A stretch of DNA of 64,000 bases from the NCBI GenBank assembly GCA_021613535.1, contig CP075492.1, positions 4,340,001-4,404,000 on the forward strand, written 5' to 3'. Within the stretch, counting starts at the first letter, position 1. Each line of letters begins with the position of its first letter. The notes under the pieces are model-generated. The model saw only the letters and a list, made by a program, of their open reading frames with translations. It had not been told where the DNA came from and ran no database searches. This DNA comes from Adineta vaga. Its lineage: Eukaryota; Animalia; Rotifera. Positions 36,344-48,718 of this stretch are shown piece by piece. The position numbers were made by a program, and so were the translations under genes.

Positions 36344-38265
36344 ATGAGTAAGTTATTACAAGTAAAAATCGAATTATTAATAATGATAATTTAACAGCAA
36401 CAAAGACAAATGCTTCTCAAGCTTCGAATAGAAGTTCTCGTCGTCAATCAGTATCAAACAAAGAGAATGATGATGAAGGTTGTCCAATATGTTTTGAACC
36501 TTGGACTACTTCGGGAGCACATCGATTAGTTTCTACTTATTGTGGACATCTATTTGGAAAAATGTAAAATAATATATTCTCTCTTCATCCCATTAAAATA
36601 TTGTATTTAGATGTATTGAACGATGGCTTCGTACAACACCCAGTTGTCCTCAATGTCAATCAAGAGTAAGAAGAAGAGATCTACGTTGGATTTATTGTCG
36701 ATCAATTCAAGCTACTGACACAAGTGAAAGAGATAATGCTATAAAAGAACGTGATTTTGAAAGAAAAGAAAAGAGACAAATTGAGCATGAAAAAGCAGAA
36801 TTACAAATAGCATATGACACGCTCAAACAACATTGTCAACATCTACAAACAGAACATGATCGTCTATTAAAGTAATTTTTCTCAACAAAACTTTCTGAAT
36901 ATTTCCTATCTCTTTCAGATTAACTCAACAATTGAATACTATAAAAGAAATACCAAATGAATCTTCTCGATTATTCCTAGCAACTACAATTCCGCCAATT
37001 AACATACAATTAGAAGCAACTATCAAAATCCCCGAAGTACATACACATTTTTCTCTTCATATCAATTCATTTATTTTCCTAGGGGATGTGTCGTGTCCTT
37101 GCTTATGTTCCCTCACATGAATTCTTATTTCTAAGTAGTCAACCATCACCTAATAATCATACTTCAAATACTGATTATGGCATAAGAAAAGTATAAATTC
37201 AATATGAAAACAATTTGAATTCGATTTTTATATTAGATCAGTCTTATCGATGGAATTCGTTCATTAGAATATATTTCATTACATCATACAAAACCGATTC
37301 GTGATCTTCAAATATATGATAATCTTTTACTTTCTTGTGCATGGGATAAAACCCTTCGGATATTTAATTTCATACAAAATACAACAGTTTTTTTGTTAGT
37401 AAAATGTTTTTCTCATTAAACTTTCTATAATTATCTATTGACATAGATGTGAATGTGTATCACAAGTATGGAGTTGTGCATGGAATCTTGATGATCCAAA
37501 TCTAATCTATGCCGGATTGAATACAGGTCGTATACAAGTCTTTGATCGACGACAACTTCAACAAAACGAAACAGTTCTCTCATCAAGTATTGAAACATTA
37601 GATCTTTCCAATGCATCACCTATTCTTTGTCTTCAATATGTACAAAAACGTCATCCTTTCATGCAAGTGGATTACTTGTTGGTAGTAATAATAAAAGTGG
37701 ATTTTATGAATACATATCTAATTGTGAATATCATTTCCACGAATTACCTATTGATAGTAATCTTAGTTATTCTTCTCCGTATATTACATTTAAAAATCTT
37801 TTATTCTCTAGAAAATCTATCCAGTCTTCAGTATGATTCACAAACCAATCGTTTAATTGCATCATTTCGTCCACAATCGAATCCAACACGTCATGAATTA
37901 TATGAATTAATTACTACATCGAATCAATCCTTCAAGATATCTTTACAACTGATTCAAACATTTCCTGGTTCCAGCATCAATATAATCCTTTCACGATCGA
38001 AAATTCTTCACCAAAATTCTGAAACATACATTTTAGCATCCGATAATGGATCACATGGTGTATGTCATTATCTTTCATGACGAAAAATAAAGAAGTTTCT
38101 CTTCGAATCTTTATTCTTTAGATTGAATTATGGAATGTTCGACAAGCGGTCAAAACACCGTTGTATAAACTATCAGCTCAGTGTGATATTGTTGATTTAT
38201 GTTTAACACGTCAATATTTATGTTTATTAGCTGATAATCAGATTCGTTTGTATAAATGGACTTAA
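36344..38265 (+). CDS. RFWD3: RING finger and WD40 E3 ligase RFWD3-like
   Basis: [40 protein letters not shown], coiled coil, WD40 repeats ([16 protein letters not shown]). Start codon uncertain. Confidence 0.85.
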
Positions 38266-38722
38266 TTTATTTTCATATGTATAGCGATTTTCTTTATGTC
38301 AGATTAAAAGATTTTTTTCTATATACACAAGAAACTTGAATTCTTTCCCTATGGTTAAAGAAACGATTATGAATGAACTCTATCGAATGAAATAGTCGCA
38401 ATAGGTAAATATATACAGCCAAAAAAAGTAGAAAAGTTCTCTTTTTTTCGTGCGTCAATTTACACAATGTACAAGAGCGTTTTTTCTTTTCCTCTGTCGT
38501 GTTAGTCGCCATTGCTTTCAATTGTTAAGATAAATTTCAAAGTTCGTTGAAATAACATTTCTGTCGATGACTCATATGTTTACGTGGCTCGCCTTGTATT
38601 TTATGATATTCTCCCTTAATGATGAAATACTTTCATTCGGTTGCATTGTCGAAGATGGAAACTATTCAAACGAATTTCTCTTTTTTAGATTGAACTTCCA
38701 GAGTTAAATATATATATTCTAA

Positions 38723-39373
38723 ATGGCTGGAAATAAAATCAAATTACAATCAAATGATGGCGATACATTTGATGTCGATGTGGAAATTGCCAAACAATCT
38801 GCAACGATCAAAACTATGTTAGAAGGTAATTTCTATTTGGTTTGAATAATTATCTTTAGTATTGTAATTGTAATTAGATCTCGGTATGAGTGAAGAAGAT
38901 GATATTATTCCATTACCAAATGTTAATTCAGCGATTTTAAAAAAAGTAAAATGAATGAAATAGATGAATCTGGAATTAAATTATTTGTTTAGGTTATTCA
39001 ATGGGCAACATATCATAAAGATGATCCACCTCCACCAGAAGATGATGAAAATCGCGAAAAAAATCTTGCCGATATTTCATCTTGGGATCAAGATTTTCTT
39101 AAAGTTGATCAAGGCACACTTTTTGAATTGATTTTGGCTGCAAATTATCTAGATATCAAAGGTTTACTTGATGTTACATGTAAAACAGTTGCAAATATGA
39201 TCAAAGGTAAAACACCCGAAGAAATTCGTCGTACATTTAATATTAAAAATGATTTTACACCACAAGAGGTTCGTTTAATATCTAACTTAAATTCATTAAT
39301 TTCGAAAAATTTTTTTCTTCATTTTCAGGAAGAACAAATCAAAAAAGAAAACGAATGGTGTGAAGAAAAATAA
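38723..39373 (+). CDS. SKP1: S-phase kinase-associated protein 1
   Basis: [88 protein letters not shown]. Confidence 0.98.
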
Positions 39374-39637
39374 TTTCATAAATGTCGTATATTCTCACAT
39401 TTTTCTTTCTGTTCATACTTACATATCGATTTGTCTCTTAATTAAATAAACTGTGCTAAACTTTGTGATAATCATTCATTTGAACATATGATTTTATTAT
39501 TCTAACCTTCAACATCTTCTCGGATATAAAGGCATTTCCTAACCATCTGTATCTGACACCTGTCAACGAGAGTAGTTTCATACTGACATTTCTACAAATG
39601 TTTCAATTGATTATCTGAACAAATCTATGATTATCTA

Positions 39638-41976
39638 TTAATAATAAACAGCTTTTGTTACATACTTTTGAATCTCATTCAAAAATCGAAGATAAATAAA
39701 AAGTGTCAATGGTTGTACATGATTATCCGTCGAGAGAATTTCTGTTTTCAATGTATGAAACATCGATTCACGGTTTTGTCTACACATTGTAAACAAATCA
39801 TTTAAAAGACATCCATTCATGTCTGATATCACTGGTAATAAACAATCAAATTGATTTTCTTTTACAAAGTCATTTATATCTTTATTTGTCCATTGTTCAA
39901 GTGTCGACGGATATTCACTAAACAAACGAGAAACAAAAGTGTCTTAAAAGAAGCAACTGAATTGATACTTACAATTTCGTTCGAGACAATGGTATTTCTT
40001 TCTTTATTTGATTAAACTCACTTGTTAATGTTTTATAAGCTAAGTCAAAATCTAAAAGAACGAAATCGATATAACTTTTTCGATGAACTATATCCGTTAA
40101 CCATCTATTTGAATGAGCATTTAATGCTAAAATCAATGGAATAATTTCACATTGACGTTCCCATGCATATGTTGCTTCACATCGACAATATAAATTTTGT
40201 TTATATTCATCTGAGATACAAATCAGAGTATAATGTGATTGATCAATAGCATCAGCTTTTGTAATCATTGTTGTTCCAAATGTTTCATCACGATCGATCC
40301 ATACACGAAAATCATCTTTTATTAATTGATCATAGATTCGATAAGTTAATTCTTTATCAGAATGAGAATATGAAATCATAATATCATATTTGTAATCATT
40401 CTCCATTGATTTTCTTGTACAAAGTCGTTTTTCTTGACTTTCAAGTCTCCAAAGAAGACTATCAACTGTTCGAGAAACACTTTGATGTGATGATGATGAT
40501 GATAATGGTTTTAAATCAGTAATATGTTGTTTTAATTGTCGATGAGCATCATCATTGAAAGTTAAAGCAAGAAGAATTTCTAAAGCTGGTTGTTGTGCTT
40601 GAAGAGGCTTGAATTTTGTATCTGTTGCACAACGAAGAAGTAATAAAATACCATTTTGTTTGATTAATTCATCCTTGATTTGATCAAATTGAATTAAATC
40701 TATGAAAAAAGAAAAATTGAAAGAATTTTAATTTTCTGAGAAAATCTCTACGTTTAAGACAACGAAGTAAATTGTAAAATTTTAACATTTGATTTTGATC
40801 ATCGATAACTTTAGTAAGAAATTTAATGAAAAGATTGGCAATAGTCATTGAATTCGAAGTATTCTTTACATCTTGATCAGTAACTATTATTGAAAGTATT
40901 CGAAATGCATTTAATTGTATTTCATCATTTTCAATATCTGCTAATTTTAAAATTAATGATGTCATATGTTTACTTTTAATGTATTTTGCTAATTGATTCG
41001 ATAATGTCATTGTATAAAGATTAGGTGTTATTGTGCCCATTAATGATAGAGCTAGTTTATTATTAATTAAATTATCTGTTTGAAGAATGGATTGAAGAAT
41101 ATTAAAAAATGATTCAATTAATTGACAATAATCTTCGAATGTATCTTTTTCAAGATTAATATATCGATTTAATTGTATACTAAGTGTAAGAATAAAACAT
41201 AATTGACGTAAAATAACAGTTGTACGAAGATTCCATAGACGAAATGATGATGATTGCTGAATTAACCATTGTGAAAATGGTCGAAGAAGTGATTGACGAA
41301 TATGAAGTAAACTTTGTTTATGTTGTTGATCAGTTGGATGTGAATAGATATAATCTGTACATGTATGTAGGAGAAATTTCTGACCAGGATCATCATTATC
41401 ATGTGTTGTGGAATGAATAAACATTTCAATAAATGACGGTGAACAAATACATTTAACAATATTATCAAATAATTTTATTAAATATGTATCGGTTTTATTA
41501 TCGGATCGATGTCTTTCTAAACGTTGTATGGCGCGAAAGATATTATCAAGAGATTTTATTTGAGGATCTTGTAAATATTTTCCCGTGGAAGCGATTTCTT
41601 CTAAACAAATACTTAATTCAGTGAGTAGTGAGTTATGAAAGATTAAATCTTTTAAAGTAGAAAGATTGCTTTCCGATATATGATTTGACATTTTAATGAA
41701 TAAATTTGGTATTGTTTCGAAAATAAAAGACGATTCATCATCATTTGATTGTGTACCAAGACGCCAATGACGTAAAAGTTTTAAATACCAATCACGTAAT
41801 GAAGAAAATAAAGGATGATGAATTAAATTCGATTCGTATAGAAGTTTTTCATTTGAATGAGATATTGATTGTAGAAATTCTTTGAATGAAGAAAGATTCG
41901 AGAATGATTGATTATTTTCATCATATTGTATCATAATTGTATCAAAAGATTGTTTTAATTGTTCGAAAGATTCCAT
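39638..41976 (-). CDS. ARM-like repeat + TIR (TIR_2-type) + SAM-like domain protein, 3 exons
   Basis: Helical N-terminal region; TIR YDIMISYSHSD..RVWIDR..ADAIDQS..ICISDEY..YCRCEATYA..IIPL; C-terminal LEQWTNKDINDFV (SAM-like). Confidence 0.8.
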
Positions 41977-42540
41977 TGATATCGATATAGTCGTTATGAT
42001 TATTCGGTATTTGAAAATGGTAATGAATAGAATGAAAAATACCTCAAGTAAAAATAATACAAATGAAGAAAAAGAAAAGAAAAAGAAAACGTTGAATTTG
42101 TGGTTAGATAAACACTCGCATAGGTAAACATACGAGTTTGTTTTTGAAAGAACATAGGCAAAATCAATTGCTCGAACGAACTGATTTTCTTTCTAACAAT
42201 GAAAGTTTACATTATTTAAAACTTTAATTTGAGAGCCACATTTCCATGTTATTTTATACGACCTACGACAACAGATATCAATCGTTGTTATCTATATAAA
42301 AGTAATGATTTAATAAGAAGAAAAACACAACCAACAATAATCACAACGAAGCATGTACATAATAGAGAAAACCACTAAATACTCATTTTCATTTCGTTTT
42401 GTTACAATCGGTTGGGCACCTATGGACGGCTGATCGACAAGGCAAACACTCATTCTTCACAAAACAAAAACTTGAAATACTGTACAAAAAAAAAGTCAAA
42501 CTGTATAGAATGTATAACGAACTATACTCTCATATCAATG

Positions 42541-43750
42541 TTATTCATGACAATTCGATATTTTTCTAATTTCTTCATGAATTTTAATAATGATATCCAA
42601 TGAAAGTTTTAATTGTGTTATTAGATAACGAATAGTTGCTTGTTGAGGATTTCGTATATGCCATTCTCGTAATAATTGATAAGTACATTCATGATTTCCA
42701 TCTGAGATAAAATATTTTTGATGAATATCAAGCAAATCCACTTCAGAGAAACAAGATGCCAATTCACGGCCAATAAATTTCCATTGACAACGAAGAGGTT
42801 CCGCAAGACGATGAATAAGTTTCATATCATTTAATTGCAACTAGAAATATAAAATTCAATCAAACAAACATAAGAAAAAAGAAGAAGAAGAAATCTTACA
42901 TTGCATTGATCACTAATTATTAAACGAGATTCATCAGATGAAAGTACACAACCACAATTTTGGATGTGATCATTTTCCTAAAAAAAGTATAAATGATTTA
43001 TTTCAACTTTACTAAACAAATAGATCGAATATCTTACTCGATGAAATGAAGTTGAGATGATTTTATGTTCTTTTGATAAACTAAGATTGAGTTCAAATAT
43101 AGGTGATTCATTACTGTACGATCCATTAGATGGATCTAATGATTCAATAAATAATTTGCCAATAATACCTGGACCTATTTGATTATTCTGATAAAAAAAA
43201 TATCAAAATCAAATTAACTTTTCTTTCTTATTCTATATCAATACATACTTTTAATTTCAATGCAAATTGTTTATCAAAACTATTATTACAATATTCTTTA
43301 TTTATTGTTTCTAATTTAATCAACAATGGATCTTCATGTACATCATTGTCAGCAGTAAATAATGATGAAACTAGACGAACTCGTAGTACTCCTAAAAGGA
43401 ACAAAATCCTATAAATAGATTTTTCTATCGAATAAAAACATTCTACCTGGTTTAAGTCGTTTTCCTATTCGACTTTTAGCTAATAAAATTGATTGATTAT
43501 CATCAATAATATCATTTGTAGATTTGACAATAACATCAAGAGTACATTTAGATGTTGTTGGATATAGTTTTAAATAAACTTGACAAAAATATTCTTTGAT
43601 CAACTTTTTCTTTTGTATTATTGACCATTGTTGAAATTCATGTTCAGGATAAGTTCGTAAATGTTTTTTTTTCTTTCTTGAAGATAAATCGTCGTCGTCT
43701 TCTTCATCATCAAGATAAAATCGTTTTAAACTTTGATGATATATTGCCAT
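42541..43750 (-). CDS. C-terminal death-domain protein, multi-exon
   Basis: Last exon LAEPLRCQWKFIGREL..EVDLLDI..CTYQLLREWHIRNPQQATIRYLITQL fits the death-fold pattern. Upstream exons joined by short introns; start uncertain. Confidence 0.7.
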
Positions 43751-45139
43751 AATAATCAAGACAAACGAAGTACATACCAACAAATCTGAAATAAAAATAA
43801 AAAAATAATTCAAGTACTTTATCATGATGACAAGATGCCACTTATGTCTTATCTTTACCTATTCTTATGATTTTCTTCGAGGATATATGTTTATCTTCGT
43901 TCTTTTTCTTTTATGATGACGTGATTATAACTATTTAGAATAAAAGAATGTCTTTTTCAAATTATATCAATCTCTAATGATTTTCTGATATGTATAGTGA
44001 ATTCGAAACTCATATGTTACACATCAATCATCGACATGAAAATGCTGTTGATAGTTTGAAAGGAATGTAATGTAAGATGATGAAGTTTTTTTTTCTTCTT
44101 TTGTGTTCGATTGTTAAAGGCATAGGTAACCAGTTTATCTTTGACAACAACTATTCTCATTTATGTGCACATGTGTATGCGAATTCTTTTCTTTTTTGCT
44201 ACTTAGCAACATGTCAGAGAGAAAAAAAGCAGAAAAGAAAAGAATCAAATCTAACTTCATGAAATTGACTGAACTGAACAGTAAATCTATCGCAAATAGA
44301 ACTCGCTTACTTGAACAAATCTAACTCTCTTATTGATTTAGTGGAATGCCGTATAAATATGAATAATGATGATTTATTTCCTGTCAGACTATGAGCATAC
44401 TTTTTCTCTGATATCTTTACTATACTTCGTATTACACGTTCAAGAGAGTGGAAAGAAAATTGAATGTCTATATCTCTACTCGGTACCTTTTTCTCTCTCT
44501 TTGTATGTTTTCCATGATAATCATCATCCTCTTCAAATCTCTTTCTTCTCGTGCTTTTCTCTTGTTAATGCTAAAGGGTTCAACTTTTAACTTTTTTTCT
44601 CTCTCTTCATCTATGTTCGATGAAAAAGCGACAATGCAAAGAACAAAGAAAACCGGAATACACATAAACGTGCGCAAGTTAAAGGAAAAGAAAAATGCTA
44701 GACAATATGATGAGATAAAGACGTCATAGTTTACGCTCGAACAGTTCATTTCTTTTCTTCCGTTAGAAGAATTTTGCTTTTCATTTTCTTTGCTCTATGT
44801 CGTTCTTTCTTTTTAATATAAAAATAATTGCGCTTTACTAAGCGTTATTGAAAGAAAAAGAATAGAATAGAAAGAGAGAAAAAAAAGGAAAGTGTGACTA
44901 CATGGACAGGAAACGTAAGTGACCTTTCAATTGTGAATTCTAATAAAGTGTACATGGATGTTTGCTAAAGGAAAGTGTTTAAAAGAACTAAGCGATTGTT
45001 CACAAGTGAAACTATGTCAAAATTACTAATTGAAATTCAATAGAATTATCATGTCAATCATACTATGAAACTATTAGAGATATTTTCAGAGATTCAAAAC
45101 AGACATGAAGAATCTTTTCCTAAAATAAACAATACCTCC

Positions 45140-45745
45140 TACTCAATGCACGTTGCCGCCCTCGCTTGCGTTTTTCATGACTATTTTTTAGGCATACAGA
45201 GCATACATGTTGGCAAATTGATTTGGTTTCCTACGGAGACAGTGTCCAGTATAGCGCAGTTACCAACGTTATATTGTTTGATATTCCATCTAAACGTTTA
45301 ATGTTGAGTATAATTCGATAGCAACTGGTAGGGAAGTTGTTCAAAGTACTTTTGTAATGGTCCCGCTTTCACATCCATATGATAGAACTGAAACATATGA
45401 CGCTTTAAATATGTTGGTTTCCAGATGTTCTTCGTTTTCAAAAAAGCTTTCCAAGCTAGTTGTTTTCGCTTCTTGACATTTGCGATACTTGAGAGCATCA
45501 TTGAACCAAGGTTGCTGGTTGTCGATCTGATTGTCGTAGGTTGGTTATGAAACTGTGTTCACCTTTCTCGTTTGTATGTTTTAGTTCTACATTTTTTTTC
45601 ATAACATAGTCTATTACTACAATAAAAAGAAAAGAAGCTAATGTATCACCTTGTAAAACACCAGTTGTCACGTAGAATTCTTCCGATATATGCCCATCGA
45701 GAACAATAACGCTGCGAGAATTATAATAGATAGCTTGAATCATTT
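45140..45745 (-). mobile_element. Decayed non-LTR retrotransposon (RTE-like) reverse-transcriptase fragment
   Basis: MIQAIY..SEEFYVTTGVLQGDTLASFLFIVVIDYVM and KRKQLAWKAF..IW motifs; frameshifted and internally deleted. Confidence 0.8.
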
Positions 45746-46001
45746 TTTATCTACGGTGCCTTCTAGAAGTCTTCGCAGAACATGTATCTGGTCGAAACAG
45801 CTCCTTCTCTCATGAAAGAAATATCACATTCAATGAAGAAGTAACACTAAACATCAAATTATCTTCACATTACGGTAATGAAAAGGTGTTATAGTGTTTA
45901 GACAAGATATTCACAAATAGGAGTAGCACTTTATATTTATTTTATTAGTAAATAAGTAACTACTTTAAATAACTTAAAAGTAAAGTAAAGGTATCACCCT
46001 T

Positions 46002-46188
46002 ATTTTATGTTCTGATGATAAACTAATATTGAGTTCAAAGATCGGTGACTCATTGCTGTATAATCCATTCGATGGATCTAATGATTTAAGATATAATTTA
46101 CCAATAATACTTAGACAAATTCGATTATTCCACTAAAATACATGAATATCAGCAAATTGTTTATCTAAACTGCGTTATTAGAATATTC
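46002..46188 (-). pseudogene. Degenerate partial copy of two exons of the death-domain gene
   Basis: 46002-46130 aligns by eye to 43061-43188 (gataaactaa..ttgagttcaaa..ggtga..tcatt..ctgta..atccatt..gatggatctaatgatt); 46152-46188 aligns to 43262-43298. Confidence 0.75.
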
Positions 46189-46417
46189 TATAGTAATTTT
46201 TTTCGGTTCTATCAAAGATGAATCTTTCCAAAAAATAGAAACTTTCCTCCAATGCGTGTTGACGCACAAGGAAATGCTTTGCACTACTGATTCAAAATAT
46301 CAACAATTATATTGTATAAAAAATATCGTATAAAAAAACAAATATGAAAAACAGAAGCATTGAAATACAATTCCTGATTGCTCAAAAACAAATGCGCAAA
46401 AACATATGTGATGAATG

Positions 46418-47345
46418 TCAAAATAGATCTATAATACGTTTAAAGATACTACGTGTTTCTGTTGTTGGATAATGTACACATGTACGACGATGAAGATAAG
46501 CACCATGCCGTTTAATACCTGCGTATGAAACCAAACATTGCCAACAGAATTCATATTTACATTTAAAGCAAGTCATATGATCACAACCTTCATTTTTTTC
46601 AATATGTGCATGACATTTTGGACATGCTTTAGTATTTCCATCGATCCAACGTTCACTAGCATGTTGTTGACCACTATTACGAGGCATTTCATATTCTTCA
46701 CAAGTCATTCCATCATGCCATGGACATCGATGTTTGAAACAAGTTAATTTTTGACAATTATTACATTGAACCGAAGTATTCATTGTTGCACCTTCATTCA
46801 ATTGACCTGATCCACAACCATGAGCACACCAAAGAAATTCTGGATGTTGTTCAAGTGATCGATCAAGATTCAATTTTTCAAAACGTTCATAGAGTGTCGT
46901 GTCATCTTTGCTTACAAGTATCTGTTTGATCGTAGCATGCGGTAAAGGAGCAGAACATTCCGGACATTGAATATCTATGTCAAGATTCCAAGTATGGCGT
47001 ACATACTCATACATACAACTATCACATATTGTTCGACTTTGATGTGAACAATTCATAGTAGGATACAGCTCAAATTCTCGTATTGGTTTTGATTCCAAAC
47101 AAACAGCACATGATTGATCGGATAAAATCGTAGTTTTGTTTGACCTATGTATGAAAACGAAAGAATTAATTTATTGATAATATTAGAAAAACTTACGTCA
47201 GTGTTTCACAAGGAATGGAAAGTTCAATTGTACTTTCAATTTTTTTGAATATATTTGGTATTGATGGTAATTGTGTGAGAGACATGAGAAAATTATTGAT
47301 ATTTTCCATTAGATAGGCAGTTGTATTTAAACTATTTTGCATCAT
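46418..47345 (-). CDS. RBR (RING1-IBR-RING2) E3 ubiquitin ligase, 2 exons
   Basis: CAVCLE..CSH..CDSC..CPEC; IBR WCAHGCGSG..CNNC..CFKH..WH..TC; RING2 CPKC..IEKNEGCDHMTC..C..EFCWQC with catalytic Cys. Start approximate. Confidence 0.9.
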
Positions 47346-48154
47346 TTTTATACATGCGTCATTTTTTCTTTCCTCTCTCTTCTGCACATATTTTTCCTTT
47401 CGTTACGTCAAAAACAAAATATTCGTCAGAATGATTCAGTGTCACTCAGATTGTGCCACATCGTCGTAGAAGTGGAACAATAATTTTCAGGCAATCATAT
47501 TGATCGAATTACTCATTCGTATCATCACCATAGAAATAAAAACAGATCATATTCATTTACAAAATTCGCCTTGGAAATGGAAGATATTCTGTCATTTCAC
47601 TTGTTTTCATTGCACTCAAAGTTTTGAGTACTGAAAAATAGAAAATTCTTGATTATTTACTATAAAACCAACTCAGAAGAAATTCGTTCGTATCAAATTG
47701 TTTAAAGTTCGACAGTTTCTAATCTTATCAGTTTGACTCATCATTAATGACTAATATGAAGAAAAATCTGTTTTTTTCATCTGTTCACATTTTAAAACGA
47801 ATACATTTTTGTGTAATAGAATCGTTCTGTTCAATCAACTGAATAAAAAAATTCTGTATACGATTTCATTAATCACTTTGATCGACAATTTTTACCATGC
47901 ATTAAAAACGCAGATATATCTTTAAAAGGATGGAGCCAATCCATAAAGTTCCAATTGAAATAAGTTTCATCAAATTCGATATCGATGAAAATTACATTGA
48001 ATTATTTCTGCAAAATTATCACATTCTATGTTTATTCTCAATTATTGGAAAAGACAGTTTTTTGTTTCAAAACATGATAATACATCATTTGAAAGACAGA
48101 GAAAACAAAATGCATGATGAATGAAATTACTTGAAAGACAAAGAATTAAAACAA

Positions 48155-48505
48155 TTATTTTTTCCAAGGATGTAGTGCAATTAATACGATTAAACCAATA
48201 ACAACAAGGACAATGGTAACTGAAAATTAAACATTAACATATTCATTGTTGAAGAAGAAAAACTTACTAATAAAACACGTTAATTTACGATTTCTCCATT
48301 TCATTCGTTGTTGTACGCGTCTAGCTGAACCATGAAAATGATACGATGATGAACTTAGATCATTAGCACGTTCACTTAATGCATCTATTCGTTCGCCGCG
48401 ATCAACTAATTTATCGACAGTTACTTTCAAAACATTGGTTGTTTCTGTAACATCAGCACGTAGTGCATTTAAATCATTCATTCGATTACCTCCGGAATCA
48501 GTCAT
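48155..48505 (-). CDS. Synaptobrevin/VAMP-family R-SNARE
   Basis: VDKLVDRGERIDALSERANDL (zero-layer R), MKWRNRK, C-terminal TM ITIVLVVIGLIVLIALHPWKK. Confidence 0.88.
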
Positions 48506-48718
48506 CTCAAATGAAAAACTTCGCAAATGTATCACAAAAAAAGACCACGAATGAAGACAAAAGATAAGAATTGGCAAAGAACAAATAAGTTTATTGACGA
48601 TATCATGTGAAGCAAAATGTAAAGGAAGAAAAAAAAGGAAAGGTCTATGTAATATTATTCAGAAGAAATTATAAATATAAAAAAATATTGAGATAAATTT
48701 ACATGGACTTTTGAATAA

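Noticed and set aside
44077-44749. Several short overlapping ORFs
   Set aside because: Low-complexity CT/AG-rich intergenic or promoter sequence.
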